Source: Tubulanus polymorphus (lineage: Eukaryota; Animalia; Nemertea). Taken from it: a stretch of 64,000 nucleotides of DNA. The notes below the pieces were generated by a model that was not told where the DNA came from, searched no databases, and was given only the letters and a program-made list of their open reading frames with translations. Positions 12,957-27,374 of this stretch are shown here, one piece after another; within the stretch, counting starts at the first letter, position 1, and every line of letters starts with the position of its first letter. The position numbers and the translations under genes are program-made. The DNA is taken from NCBI RefSeq assembly GCF_964204645.1, contig NC_134032.1, forward strand, positions 11,272,275-11,336,274. The letters are read 5' to 3'.

Positions 12957-15900
12957 TCACAGACGACGGTTCGTAAGTTTTCGCGGCGAATTCGTCGAAC
13001 TGTCGCGTAACGGAGTCCGGCGAGGCGATCCTCCACTAGACGGCGTCGGCGATTCCAGGTAGGTTTTCTGCAGTTGTTTCGGCGCGACGACCGTCGAATT
13101 CTCCTGAAAGAAGAAAAGTCGAAAATTGTAATAAAGCGGACTGACTAGTCAAAATTGCGAAGGACGAAAAACGAAGGAATCTGAATAAAGTAAATACATT
13201 ATCAAAGTAAATAGTGATTTAAGGTAAAATAGCATATTACTGCATGGTCGATTCAGTCTCATCAGGTACATGCCCTTCTGTACATATTTTATTTCATATA
13301 TTATAACTGATAAAGCTGAAGTGACTCGGCGAAATTGATTGTGCGGATATATACTATTTTCGACGATGAATATCATTTTAGTTCTGATTCTGTTTAGTTG
13401 CTTTATTGAACATCCGACTCAAATGTATTTCAAGTAAAAGTTGATGTTGAATTGACAGACGAATATGGCCCTAAACCATCTGCTTCGCTGTCCTTCAGTC
13501 GCAGCAGAGCTAACAAAACACTTTTTGTAAAGTCTAAGGAAAATTTAAGGCCCTAGTTGGCATCCATTTGCATTCAAACATTTCCCTTAATTAAAGGATT
13601 TTTATTATACCATCCGATCACATCATTTTAACATAATGAATTCCGGGAGATCAATTCACCAACAGACTCTTCTACAAACTATTTATTACCTTAACGTGTT
13701 GAAATGCTTTACTGGGGTCGAATCGTTTTTTCACTTCCGACGTTTGTTGTTGGCGTTTTAGTTTGATCACTTGTTCCCTCAAACTGCTCAACTCCTATTT
13801 GACAAAAAAAGGAATGATTGAAGATAGGGACAATATTCAATGCTCACAACGTTTTCTGACATACGAGGACCCATCAAGTTTCGCAGTTGAAACATAGTCA
13901 GAACATAGTCATAATCAAGTTGTTAGACTGGTTTTAGATCCGAAACGAGCTTAAACTGGTCTTAAGATGTTACGATAGATGATCACATCGCAGTCAACTT
14001 AAGCAGCCTTTGTGCAGGCGTGTTGGAAGCAATTGTTGATTGACAAGTACTGATATGTTGCCACGGCGAATTTACTTCAATTTCATGCAAAACATGATAT
14101 TCAAAGAAAAAAACGTCATTCAGTAAATTATTGCCGCAGCACTTCCAACACCACTGTTGTGGCCAGCTGTAACTGAGTGCATCTACTTACACTGGCCTTT
14201 AGCCTAAACTGCAGGCAAATGCTTCACTACATTAGTCCATTTTTCAAATTAGGAGTGAATATGAATATGAATTTATTTTCGAGTTAGACAGACAGACAGT
14301 CGAGTTAGTCAGTCAAGAGTCAAATCAAACTTATAACCATGGAAATTATAAGACAACATGAAAAATAAAACTTACGTCTTTCAACGCGACATTTTCCTGC
14401 TTGATTTTGACGATGTGTTGTATTTTCTGCTTGTGGTTCTGATGGCCGAGCAGTTTCGCGTATTGCTCGCTTAGTTTCTGAACCTCGGCTTTAGTTTCGT
14501 TGCTGCGACCGACGAGCAATCGCTTCTCTTCCTCGAACGAATCCAACTGAACCTGAATGGAACAGAACGCAGAATATAACATTACAACTAAACTATATTT
14601 GATTTGAGTAGAAATCTTCAAAACCAGTCTCAAGCCTTCCCGTCACACCAATTCTATGTATTTGAGTTGCACAAAAAATCTTTTAAAGCAGGGCCGAGTT
14701 TCAATGAAAAAGTTTAAGCTAAAAATGGTTAAGTTTGAATTGTTGTCCTCATTGAAAACGGGAAGTAACCAATAGCAATTACACCAAAAGTTTGGGTTTA
14801 AGTTTTTTGTGAAACTGGGCCCTGATCTTACGCTTGGTCCTACATGTCCTTTTTTAGTTTAGTTTAGTTAAGAAGAGTTTTATGCCTCGACAGCAAGTAA
14901 ACAGTCTAACCCTTATGGATCTTAAGAGACGGTCAGGGCCTTTTTTTATTGGTTGTTGTGACTCACAACCTGACTAAGTTAGCAGGGCTTAATCCTAGTC
15001 AACGCCAGAGGGTGTTTCGATCCAGGGACCTATTGGTTCCCAGTCCTCCACTTAACAAAATGAGCTAACTGCGCAGAACAATTTTGAAAATCAAATTCAT
15101 TCCTTCAGAAAACTTGGTTTCATTTCGATTGCCTAGCTTAGGCCAATTTCATCCGAGGTTTTGGACCGGTCTTAATTTGTTAGATTGGTTATACGGAAGA
15201 CCTGCATAAACTTCGTGCCAAGTTTATATTGAGTTTTGAATATAGGTGTGAATCGGGGCTCATCAAAGAAAGTTTTTTAAAGTCTGGCGCTTTATCGTGG
15301 AATTAAACCATACCTGGAACGGTGCAACTTTATCTTGCAAATCCTCATATAACTTCTGCCACCTGAATAAGAAAACGAAAATATCATTTGCATCAAAAGC
15401 CTCGATCCCCAGTACACCGGTGTGTCTGAACTGATACGGGCGATAGACGTATGGTTCAGCTGCGAGCACCCTTCACCTTTCACACGATTCTTCGATAACA
15501 ACTCCTCCGATTTATAATCATCAAAACACTTAACACATGGTTCCCACAGTTTCATGAAATAAAAATTCCCAGGTTATTTTTCCCCAAGTATTTCATGGGT
15601 GATTGTTCAATTTTCCAAAATGGAAAATGGGGCCTTCATAAATACGAATGGATACCATCATATTACGGTCAACATTTTAGCGGTGACTGGTTGATAAAGT
15701 TGATTATAATGGGAAATCGCTGAAGAAAATTGCCACTGGCAAATGCAATACATGAAATGTTAATGAATTTCCCAAATATTTCCCTGATTTGAGGAAAATT
15801 TCTCAAATTCCCAAATATTTCAAAACTCGGAATTATTATCATTAAAATTCATTATTAAAATACCCAAGTTTTTCCCAATTTCCCTGTTTTGTGGGAACCA

Positions 15901-18900
15901 TGTTAACATATCTACAGAACCTCAGCCGAGACATTTTTTAATTGAATACGGACTACTAAAAACACCAGACATTTCATCGGCTCAGTTTCAAAAACTGATT
16001 GTCCACACTTCACAATACAATACAGGGGCAGCAGGTGCTGAAAAGTTAGTTACAGTTAACCGATGAATAGTTGACATAGTGACAATTAAAAGTTCATTGT
16101 TACTATGGTACCTATCAGCCAGCTTTTGAGCAACTTAACATTGCATAGTGAATGACTAGAAAGAGGGGTTGGTTCCAGATGGTAAGATTGATAGCCGGTG
16201 TATAAAACAACTTACTTGTTGATTTCGTTTTGAAGCGCTGATATTTCCGAGTCGTTGCTGTGGCTTCTATCGTTGAGTTGTTCCTCTAGGGCGGCGATCA
16301 ATGACTCGTATTGGTCCTGTTGCGACTGTAACTGCGCGTCGAACTGCTCCCGATTCTGCTTGAACTCTATCTGATGCCTAAGAATAAACAAACAAATAAA
16401 CCGTTCGCGACATTTTCCAAAACCTTCCCAAAAGTATGTACATATAGGCCCATGAAACAGATCGCTGATTTTTCTATCATCCAAACCCGCGACCTTCGTC
16501 CTATTAGTCCTACAGTCAAACTTCATTATAACAACAATTCATCAGATATCACAAATAAAGAATTTTGTCCCAAGTAAAGACAACTTGATTAATTATATAC
16601 TGGATATAACAAACTATTGGTTACAGTGAAAATATCATCTGGTCCCATGTTTGCTGTAACGAGGTTACACTGTGACCTAGTTCTAAAGATCTGGCCCGGG
16701 TTCGACAGTTCTGCCTTAAGATTTGACTCAGAGTTCACTGGAAGTGAATTCAACTCAAGAGTTAATCTCTGGATCCTTGGGCCAGTAGTTCAAAGGTTGA
16801 TTAAAGTTAATCTGAACTTAAAATTCCATGGCGACAATGGGGTACCAGCACACCAGCTATCCTGTCAGATGGCGCCACTGATATATCAGACAAACTCGTG
16901 AGAATAAAGGACAGAATAACTCGGCCGATTAGGAGAAACAAGATATCATTTTCTTTTTTATCTAAAATGCAAAAACCTTTTCCGCATACCTCGAATAATC
17001 ATCCTGAATTTTCTCCAACTTCTCACACAATTCTTGACACTGCCTAAAACCGAGAAAAAAATCATGAAATATCATCGGAAAACGAAGTCAGCCAGTCAAC
17101 CTATCCGCATGAAAATTTTTATTTGACTTGCTTTTAACTGACTATTCCCCGTCATACACATTGGTTTCCCTGACTTGGCTTGCTAAGAATCCAATCGATT
17201 AACACAGTAACATACGCAAGACATAGACAGAAACTGATTGATTTTAAGTGCGATCTAGCAATATCACAACTTTTCCCTGATTAAAGGCTTTTTTTTACAA
17301 AATTCCCTATTTCCTGACTTTTTAAAGAAAAGAACATTCCCTGACACTATTCCTTGATTTCCAAATATGGTGACTACGCTGTGCCCGGACGTTAGACTCG
17401 AAGAAGGAAAATATTTTCGTACCTCTGCGATTGCGAGCGACTGTCTCGTAACGATAGAATCTCCTGTTCGAGGCTGACTCGATTAGAATCGCGTTCCACC
17501 TGCAACTTCACCTGCGCAGTCCTCATTTCCGCTACCTGCAAAAATTGACGTAACAAATGACTAGAGCAACAGAAGTACCGGTAACTGTGATATGCTTAGA
17601 TTAGCTACTACTGCCAATGAATAAATCTGGAAATTCTTTGTTACAATGATAAAGATATCTGGAGAAGTGGCATCTCAGTAGATTTTAGTCAAGAGTTAAT
17701 TTCTCCTAATTCACTCTTTCAGGTATCAGATAAATGATTTAATCATTTATCTCATTATGAACCCAGGAATTATCACAATTTTTTACATCCTTTCAGTAGG
17801 TTTTTTAACATCTTTCGCATCATATTATCAGATTGGTTAGCTGGTAAAAGATTTTTACGGGGAAAAAAAGAAGAATTTTCTTCTTCTATGTGTCCGATAT
17901 TTACCTTTTCTTCGAGATGCAATTTCTCGATTTCTAAATTCGTTTTCGCCGTTTCGCTCGTCGATAATTCCTTGATCAATTTTCCGTTCTCTTCGGTCGT
18001 CAGTCTCAACTCGTTCTGACGAGTTTCCAAGCGTTTTCTCAACTCGCCGATCACGTCGACGTCGTTCAGGCGTTTATTCTCCGTCGCGAGTTTCGATTTC
18101 TCGCGTTCGATGCGCGCCAGTCGCTCCGCCGTGTCGTCGTACGACGCGCGCGCGTCTTTCAAACATTCCTCCAACTCGGCCGTGGCCGCTCGCGATCGCG
18201 CGACGTTCTCCGATAGCCGCGTTCGTTCGTGACGTTCGTTTTCGAGCGTTTCCGTCAGTTCGGAGTTCGTCTGCCGCGAACGCTCCAATCCGTCTGCCAG
18301 CTCGGAATTCTGCGATTTCATTCGGTCAATCGTTTGTTTCAAGCGAACGTTCTCTTTATTCGAATTGTCGAAGTCGACATCAATACGATTCTTTTCCGAT
18401 GAAATCAACGCGTTTTCGTCCTGATGAAAGAAGAAAAATTCAAATGGACGGAAACAAATTTGAGATTAATCAGCTTTCCTACAGATCGGTCATTCCTGGA
18501 TATGTGGAGTTTTCAAGGAGCTTTAAAGGAGAAAATTTCAAGCATCTGTATTACTTTCATCAACCAATCAGTCCTGTTTATTTCAGTAAACCTTTAATTT
18601 GGCCTTCTATGGTGCAAATATTTATCCTTATAGCCAAAACTCAAAACTCTGTTTCTAATTTGGTAAGCGCCTAATTGGGAAAAAGACAAATCTTCCATAA
18701 CTTTTGATTTGTCAGAATTTAACTCACTTTCAACTCGTCCAAGTCTTTAATCAATTGCATAGAAGTTGTTTCTAACGTCAGCACCTGACCGAGAGCCGTT
18801 TCTAGGCTTTCTCCTTTAGCTCTGAGCTCAGTTTCCAATCGTTCCAGTCGCGCAGATTCTTTCAACTTCAATTCAACTACAGTAAAAATAGCACGGCTTT

Positions 18901-21900
18901 GATCAACAGGAATAGAAAACTAGGATGACAACATACCGCACTATAGAGTGTTGAAATTTGAATCAAGGTTTTTTTTTTCTAAGAATTTTTCGTACCCATA
19001 TTTTGCTCCAATGTTTCATAATTTTCGGTCATTCTGATCAGATCTTCTTTCAGAATTTCGTGTGACCTAAGAAGAAAAATTGTTAAAATCAAGATTAAGG
19101 CCTAATATGGTGTCAGTTTCTTTTCCCTCTTAGGAGGTTAGAGAGACCTGAGAAGAACGATTGGCCAAGAAGCACCACCCGGACCTAACAGAACTGTGCC
19201 CAGGATTCCAAATTTGCAATGTTTTTGGAGGATTAGCTAGAAAATGGCATTTTCACATTTACAGGCTGGTTACTTTTATTGACTTGCTGTTACCCCGACT
19301 ATTCCCTGATATGTGCATTGTTTTTTACGACTCGATCTGCTAAGAATCCAATCATTTAACTCGTACAACATAAGACAGAAACTGTTTGATCTTACATGTG
19401 ATCTACCTATCTCCAAGATCTATCTATCTTGTATCTTTTTTTGTATCAAAAGTGTATTATGTTGTTGGTATTATTTTGTAAACTACTCTGTGCTCTGTGC
19501 ATTAAGTATTAATTGTGGAGCAATAAACTGAAACTGAACAAATTTCGCTGAATTATCCCTGAAGCTCTTTTACAAAATTCCACGACTTTTTGAAAGAAAG
19601 GAAAACTCCCTGATTTCCAGGTTAAGTGGCCACCCTGGTTTACTTACTGCTCCAATTGTTGTATTTTGACTTGTAATTCGGTGCTGAATTCCTGTTCCTG
19701 TAGATACATATCGTTAGCTACGAACAGTTCACCTTTTAAATGTCTGAAATAGAAAACAGTGAAAAAATAAACTCCTCGCTAAAAGGCATATATTTTACCC
19801 CGAATCTACGTCGTGGAGTTCATCGAGGTTTACGAACCGAATCAAATCCTCGTGGTCAAGTTTTTCCGATCGTAAACTTCTGTTCATTTCGTTCAACATT
19901 TCGATCCTTTTAGACAAAGATTCTCTGAAAAAAATATAATACAACTTTTTACTTATCAATTGAAATGAATGACAATACAAAATGTTGCAACTTTCAATTG
20001 CAGGAACACGTTACTTGTATTGTTGAAGAGCCTCTGCAGTGCTTCCAGAGCTTGTTAAATTCTCTTCTGCTTTATCCAGAGCCGATTGTAAAATCTGAAA
20101 ATGAAATTATCAAATTTGAGTGGTGAACATTCCCTGCTAGGTCACAAGCAGAGTGCAGGGTACAGACAGTATAATGTCTCAGGGTTACAGGGTACACAGA
20201 AAAACAATTCTCTGAGGGGTGCAGGGTACAGACAGCAGAATGTCTGAGGGGGTGCAGCGTACAGACAGCAGATTGTCACAGGGAGTGCAGGGTACAAACA
20301 TTGTCCGAGGGGTGCAGGTACAAACAACATATTGTCTGAGGGGTGCAGTGTACAAACAACATATTGTCTGAGGGGGTGCAGGGTACACACACCAGATTGT
20401 CTGAGGGCTTGCAGGGTACAGAGAGCAAATTGTCCGAAATGGTGCAGGGTACAAACAGCAGATTGTCTCTGAAGGGTTGCAGGATACGGACAGCTGGCTG
20501 TCTGAGGTAAAAACTGACCTTAAGGATTTCATTCTTACCTTCACGGAATTGGTTTCCTCGTCTAAACGTTGAGCGAGGGTGTGATTAGAACACCTCATTT
20601 CGTCCAGTTGATTCTCCGTATCTTTCAACTGTTCTTTTAAATGTCGGATCGAGTCGTTCAGCGAACGATTCGAATTTTCAAATTCGGCGACCCGCGTCTC
20701 TAAATTCGTCATTTCAGCCGCCATCTCCAAACAGCGGGCGTCGTCTTTCGCTCGATTGGCCGGTCGAATGATGCTTAAATCGGGCGTGTTCGGGAAACCG
20801 ATACTGTTCGAGCCTACGTACATAATAATATCAGTTCAAACAAGTGTAAAAATTTCATAAAGATTAATTCATTATCAAAGCGTTATTCAAATCAAAGCCT
20901 CACTAAAATGATTTAATCGTGTGTAATTAATCATCCAATTCAGCAATCATTTTAACAATGTAAAATCACTCGTTTAATCAAATATCAAATGATTCGCATG
21001 GTTTCTAAATCCTGCTTATCCTGATCTTTCAGGACTGATGAAAATTCCTCTGTTAATGCAGGCCCATATTTAGGGGGGAGGGGGTTTGGGGCATTCATTG
21101 CCAAAGTTCCAGATGCTGGCTTTAAGAAGATTCACACTTTTGATCTTATTCTACTATGACTACGGCTAGGGAGACCAACCCGGCCAGTCACTTTTACATC
21201 GATCCCTGTGAAGAATCAGCCACCGTTTTTTAAAAGATCTGCCGCCCATCTACATGACAAGTCAATAATTTCTACAGCTGTGACCATTTTTTGTAAAACA
21301 GTGAACTGAATGTGTCAAAACTGTAGAATACATCAAAATTACACATAATTTTTAATATTTTTTGGGAGGACTATAGGCTTTGCCAGACCAGATCAAGAAC
21401 AATGTATGAAACAAATGGTACAACGGAAAACTTTGTAAAAAAACCTACGTTTTCTAGCACTACTGCTGCTGATGTTACCGCGGTGACTATTACCGATCAT
21501 TGTTGAGTTAGCCGGTGTCGTTGCTAGGGGTTTCGGAATCGGAGGCAAGCTGGAAACATTCGGTTCCGATTTCCAGCGCTCAGACTTTGGTACGACGATG
21601 TTCGGAAGAGAGTTTCCGGCTGGGTTTTTTGGGTTGTAAGCTCCGACCGGGGGCGCATCACCTGTCGACGTGAAAAAAAACATCTTTAAGATTCGAAATA
21701 CTGGGTTTGCCAAATACAGTGGAACCTCGTTCTAATGGACCGCTGGGAGAAAAAATAAAAATTTCATTAATATATGCGATAGTTCGTTAGATCCGTTACA
21801 CATCGTTTATGTATGAAAAGAGAACACCCCCTCGGCCTGGTGCGATGAAACACAAACCAACTGGTTTCATTGGAGTTTCACCCAGCACTGGCGGCGGTTG

Positions 21901-22970
21901 TCTCCACCAGTGATCTCCGTCGCTCTACGATCCTAGTGTAACCAACCACCCAGACGCGTGCATTCAAATTCGCTGAACAGTTGCCGACCAGAATTTGGTC
22001 GGCATTTTTGTCCGTGTTCAAACTGCGATATCTCAGCAAATAAACAACCGATTTTGATAAATAAACTATCTACTCTAACCTTATGATGTCTTGCGTTTGT
22101 TCATTATATATCATTTTGATGACAAATTTGATTTTTGTACGACTAAATTTAAGATACATAATTGATGCACTGTTTAGCGATGAGACACGTGGAGCTGGAT
22201 TTCTGGTGGTTTCAAGTCACAATGATTGAAAAGTATCGAGAATATGTCGTTCGCATCTTAGTGTCCGTGGTACATCAGACACTAAGGTTCTTGGTGAAAT
22301 TGCAGTAGGCCTACTATTCAAGTATAGATACTGTCAGTTAATAAATCGTAGCAATCGTACTACAAATTGTAGCAGCTGGCAACACATCGTAAATCTGTAT
22401 CACTAATCTAAGATAAATAAAGCAACACTGTCTCTCGGTTTGAAACTGACAATAAATAAACAAATGTGACTGATCGTGGCTTAGCAACAATGAAAATATA
22501 CTAAAAAAACTAAGGTCGTTATTACTGAAAGTTCGTTAGAAAAGGGGTCGTTGTGACCGATGAAATTTGACTAAATGAGAAGGATTTGGTCGGGCATTTT
22601 TTTTCGTACGTAACAAGCGATGGTTCGTTCGTTCCGAGGTTCCACACACAGCACTGGCACTGGTGGTGTACGATGTTGTTGCCGTTTTAACTATCAAAAT
22701 GTAATCCTTATTTACCATGTTCACCTTTTGCCTAAATAGATTTAATCGATATTTTATCAAAATGCTGTATTCGGTGGGTAGGGATAAAACTAAACTATTA
22801 AGCTTTTAACGTTTTTCGAGTGGAGTGGTCCGAGGTCAGACACAAAAATCGTCAAAAATCGAATGGCCTTTTCTACATCAACAGCGAATCTGGGTGCAAA
22901 TTGCTGCACGCATTTCTGACGATTACTTACTCTTAATCGCGGCGAATCGTTTAGATTTAGGAAAAGACAT
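12957..22970 (-). CDS. HMMR: Hyaluronan-mediated motility receptor (RHAMM), complete; exons 22970-22931, 21661-21449, 20813-20539, 20094-20015, 19924-19838, 19743-19648, 19066-18996, 18876-18728, 18420-17905, 17535-17423, 17043-16990, 16377-16216, 15362-15314, 14552-14376, 13794-13690, 13103-12957
   Basis: N-terminus MSFPKSKRF...DAPPVGAYNPK, a long coiled coil, and C-terminal WQKLYEDLQDKVAPFQVQLDSFE...YAKLLGHQNHKQKIQHIVKIKQEN...KRFDPSKAFQH match the HMMR N- and C-terminal domains. All junctions are phase-consistent. Confidence 0.93.
14850..15074 (-). mobile_element. tRNA-derived SINE-like element in HMMR intron
   Basis: Minus strand gcgcagttagctcattttg...ggatcgaaacac has A-box and B-box-like motifs at tRNA spacing, then a body, then a (taaac)n/A-rich tail at ~14850-14870. 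Confidence 0.6.
20145..20510. repeat. ~33-bp minisatellite (about 11 copies) in HMMR intron
   Basis: Recurring gggtgcagggtacaaacagcagattgtctgag variants. Confidence 0.9.
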
Positions 22971-25310
22971 CGCCAAAGTCGAGATTTTTTAATTTATTTC
23001 CACCCTCAAAAACCTGAAACAAAAATATTTATTCAAAAATGGCGGGCCTCCACACCGGTCAAGGTCAAAAGATCCGGTTTCTAAAAAATTCCCTCTGATA
23101 TAATTTATTTGTCTGTCAAACAATATTCTTAACATTAGAACATTAGAAACAAATGTTTCTGAAGTTTTGTCAATATTAGTGTAGAAAATGTATATAAGAT
23201 TCCGGTGACACCGAGTATTTTCATGGACACCGGCACCGGACTAGGTGATGCACTTTTGCTGATTGATTATCCGGACTACTGGCGTTGCGGGCAGCGCATG
23301 ATCTCCGATCACAAACTACCACTGATTCTATGTGTGGTAACTTTAGTGATAAAACTTGATGAAAACAGCTTATAATGGATATCAAAACCAAATGGTTTAT
23401 TCAGACTTTATAGTTTCGCTACTGATCATCGGTCTCGACCCAGGTCGCGTTTTCCGAGAAAAATAAATTGATCTGAATTAATAGTTAAAACTTGATTTAA
23501 ACAATTTTCTAACACTGCAAATCGCCAATCGCATATCTAAGGAGGATTGGTTTCACATCAGGCATTTTAGGAGTTTTTTTTCTGAAGTATGCCGATATAG
23601 CTACGATCCGGGCCAATCCACTTTTCGGGGATGTGTTAAGATCTGTATCGCTTTTTATTGCTACCAAAACAACAGAATTACTTTATCATTACAGCTATCG
23701 GGAGATGAAGCTTGTCAGCAACCATAATATATCAAGTCATTTTAGATTACGCGGGGTGTGACAAGTTGGCCAAGAGAGCCAATCGATCGCTGTGCTATTC
23801 AAACCACAAATTTCTAATTCTAATGAATCGTATTTACTTACCGACGGTTATACTACGTAATAGAATACAAACAAAAACATCAACCAACTTGATTATATAA
23901 AATGAACGTAAATTTCCTCAAATGGTGAACGCATCGCTGGCCTCTATATGAAATAACGCCCCGAGGAATGTTTATTCGGGAATCCGTCTACTTTTAAACG
24001 CATACCTCAAAACATCTTTTTATGGAATTGACCATTTATTGAATAATGGTCTACAGTTTCAGTGTTTTATGTTCGTTTTTGCAATGGCATTTTAATAATT
24101 TTATGAGTCAGGGCCCTAGCTGCCGCACCGGGCGGATCTTTGCTGAGGGAATTTTTTGTGTATTTTTGATAAAATCTCGGGTATAAAAGCAATAAGTTAA
24201 TACATATGATCGAGTTGTTATCCTTTCTTCGGGACCACACATTTTTCATAACACAATTGAGATTCTGATAGTTTGTCCTAGACCGCACCGGTGTACTTTC
24301 TACGTCCAGCTCATAGAAGCTAGTACACCACCGCGACTCAGTAGCCAGAGAAGGCTTTACTCACTTGCTCTACACTCAATTGCCAGTGTTATTTAATGAC
24401 TGAGAACCTGTTTTTATCAATGACTAACTCATATGCCTTTGCTAACTCAACTGTTCCTTCCACTCAGCGAACAATTTGTGCAAAATTGGAAAGTGACCCA
24501 GTTTAATTTTTTATAGCGAGGGCCGGAGCTGACCTGGAAAGGGTAGCAAGAGCATCCACGTATCTTCAGGACCAATCATTTAAGAAATGATTACTCCAAG
24601 CTTGAATTAAATGCGAAATATCAAAGCTATGAAACTATATAAAGCTACTACATGTACTTCTTTCAGCCATATACACAACCAAGAACTGCAGCCAACAGAG
24701 ACTTCCGACAAAACAATGACAAACTTTCTTATATCATACACAAGTTTATTACTTTTTTACAAGAATTTCTGCATGGAATACAGCAACATGAATTCGGGTA
24801 CAGAGAGAGCCGACGAATAACCAGTAACTTATACCATATTACAAAACTAATTAAATATCAAGCATCAAAATAAAACATTTCATCATCATTCTATACAACT
24901 GAGTGAGCGAATTGTGGGAGATGATTAATTAGAGTAAATATACAGTCACGATTACCGTAATAATTCTAATATGATATATCGATGATGATGGTGTCGGTGA
25001 GAGTATGTACAAACAACTATATTTACATATTACATTTTAATCGTTATAGTGTTCATAATATTTACAAAATTATGACCGAGGCTTATATTCTAAGCCTTTA
25101 TATGTTGTGAATCCCGGACCAGGGACCGCTCGATTAAGAGCCTATGGTTAACCAAGTTTTTATCAAAGATTCTTATCCCAGACTCACGACTAGGTCAGGT
25201 CCTATCAACCGATTAAAGGGGTCAACAGGTGGAACCTTTTCAAACCCTTTTAAGTGTTTTCTACTAAAATAAATCATAATCGCGTGCACAATGACCGATG
25301 AGGTTTCAAA

Positions 25311-27374
25311 TCAGTCCGAGCCGGACGTTTTCATTATTTCGATTGGATGCATGCGCATGTGCTGTTTCAGCGTGCTGCCGTGCGCGAACGACTTTTCGCA
25401 CACGACGCACTTGTACGGCTTGACGCCGGTGTGCACACGCATGTGTTCCTTCATACCGCTGTACAGGCGAAACATGATTCCGCACACGCTGCACATGTAC
25501 GGCTTCTCGCCGGTGTGCAGACGCATGTGGTGTCGCAATCCTTTCCGATACGTGAACTCCTTCTTGCACACCTCGCACGGGTACACCTCGCCGGTGTGCA
25601 GACGCATGTGATTGTTCAGATCGGTGCGCAGCTTGTAGACCTTATCGCACTGCGAACACTTGAACGGCTTGACGCCCGTGTGTATCAACGAATGGTTGTG
25701 CAAGCTGTAACGCTTCGAGAACAGACGCTTGCACACTTTGCACTCGTACGGCTTTTCGCCGCTGTGCACGCGCGAGTGTTGTTTCAAGTCGAAGTTGTAC
25801 GCGTAGACTTTGCCGCATTCCTCGCACTGGAACGGCTTCTCGTCGCTGTGCATGACGCGTTGGTGTTTGCGCATGCTCGAGTTGTGGCTGTACATTTTGT
25901 CGCAGAACGGGCACTGATACGGCCGCGCCGCTTTATGCGTCAGTTTGTGTTCAGCGAGGTCGTCCTTGATTTCGAACACGGCGTTGCAGACGGCGCATTT
26001 GTACTTGTCGTCGTTGTCGTGGTCACGCAGGTGTTTCTCCAAGTGTTCTTGCGTTGAGTAGCACTTTCCACATTTCGCGCAGCGCGGCGTCTCGTAATAG
26101 ATATCCATTTCGAAAACTTCTGGAAAAAATATGTATAGAATTTGTACTTTTTTTTCAGATTCATTTATCTACATATAACTACAAGCTCAATCATCATGTT
26201 ACTTCAAATGAACGAATAATTCCAGATAACTTTAATACATATTTGGTAAAATACGATGAAGAAATAAATAATAATAAGAATTTTCCGATTAAGAAAATTC
26301 TCAACATTTCCTGAATAAAATGTCAGTTAATTTTCAAATCAGCAGCTGATTTTCACGAAGTCTGAACGAGGCAATGATATTCCTAGGTATATGGAAACTC
26401 TGAGGTATGCAATTTCAAACCCATCTTTGAGCCCAGGGGCTGCTATCAATAGACAAGTTTGTTACTTAAACCATGCTGGGGCTGGTTTTGACTTACTTTA
26501 ACCACAGAGGCTAGCTAGTTTTATCTTTAAATAACACTAGGGCAAGTTTTATAGACAAGTTTTAACTTAAAGCATGATGGGGCTGGTGTTAACTTATTAT
26601 CTATAACCCCCGGGGGCTAGCTTAACGACCAGTTTTAACTTAAAACCCAGGGGCCACTTTTGACCGGTTTTAATATTAACCCCAGGGGTCGGACTTATAG
26701 ACCAGGGGTAACTCAATTGACTAGGGTTATTGCATTCAAGTCAATAAAAATGATTTTGCCGATAGAGTGTAGAAATATTTACCCTTTTGATTGATGATAT
26801 TTTCCGTGGAGGTAGTTAACTTTCTATAACCGTCACTCGAATGCCTCGCGGTGAGTGGCAGAACCTTCGGATATGGTTTGCTCCGCGGACTCATATCCGG
26901 TGGCTCAATCTTATCGATGCAAGTAAAAATCGGCTCCTCGCCCGGCTTCCGCGGCGTCAACTTCTTCAACACGATCGGCGTTGTCGGTATTTCCATGCGT
27001 GTCGGTCGGGGCTGCGCCGACGCCGGCGGATCGCCCATCAGCGTGTAGTGATGCTCGAGTCCGACGATCGAAGCGGCCGCGTCTGTCGTCGAGAACTTCT
27101 CCAAAACCGTCGTCGGACATAGTTGATTATCGGTTAACATCGCGTTGTTCTCTTCCTCTTCGCCGCTGCTTTCATCTTCGTCGTCGAATTCGTCGTCATC
27201 GGAGCCGAGCGCTCTGATCGGCTCGGTGTCGCCCGGTATTCGCTTGTCGAGGACGTACGACTGCTGCGTCTGCCCCGTCGTCACGGACGACGACGTCATC
27301 TGCTGCGCCTTCGACTGTCGATATTTATCCAGTAACATTTGGTGTATGTAGTCCACCTGACCTTGAGACTCCAT
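25311..27374 (-). CDS. C2H2 zinc-finger protein (9 fingers, acidic N-terminal region); coding exons 27374-26783 and 26119-25311
   Basis: Nine CxxC...HxxxH fingers with TGEKPY-type linkers. The phase-1 junction AAG G|gtaaat ... ttccag|AA GTT TTC GAA ATG joins the acidic exon in frame. Confidence 0.92.

Noticed and set aside
15003-15074. Functional tRNA gene
   Set aside because: The acceptor and T stems do not pair well, and the sequence continues into a body with a simple-repeat tail, so a SINE head fits better.
20142-20538. Cys/Pro-rich extension of an HMMR exon
   Set aside because: Read-through past the donor at 20538 into the 33-bp intronic minisatellite.
23700-24600. Possible decayed coding or TE sequence between HMMR and the zinc-finger gene
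   Set aside because: No frame gave a motif I could recognise; a blastx search would be needed.
25291-26057. Long antisense and alternative-frame ORFs overlapping the zinc-finger exon
   Set aside because: Expected shadow ORFs of GC-rich, repetitive C2H2 coding sequence.
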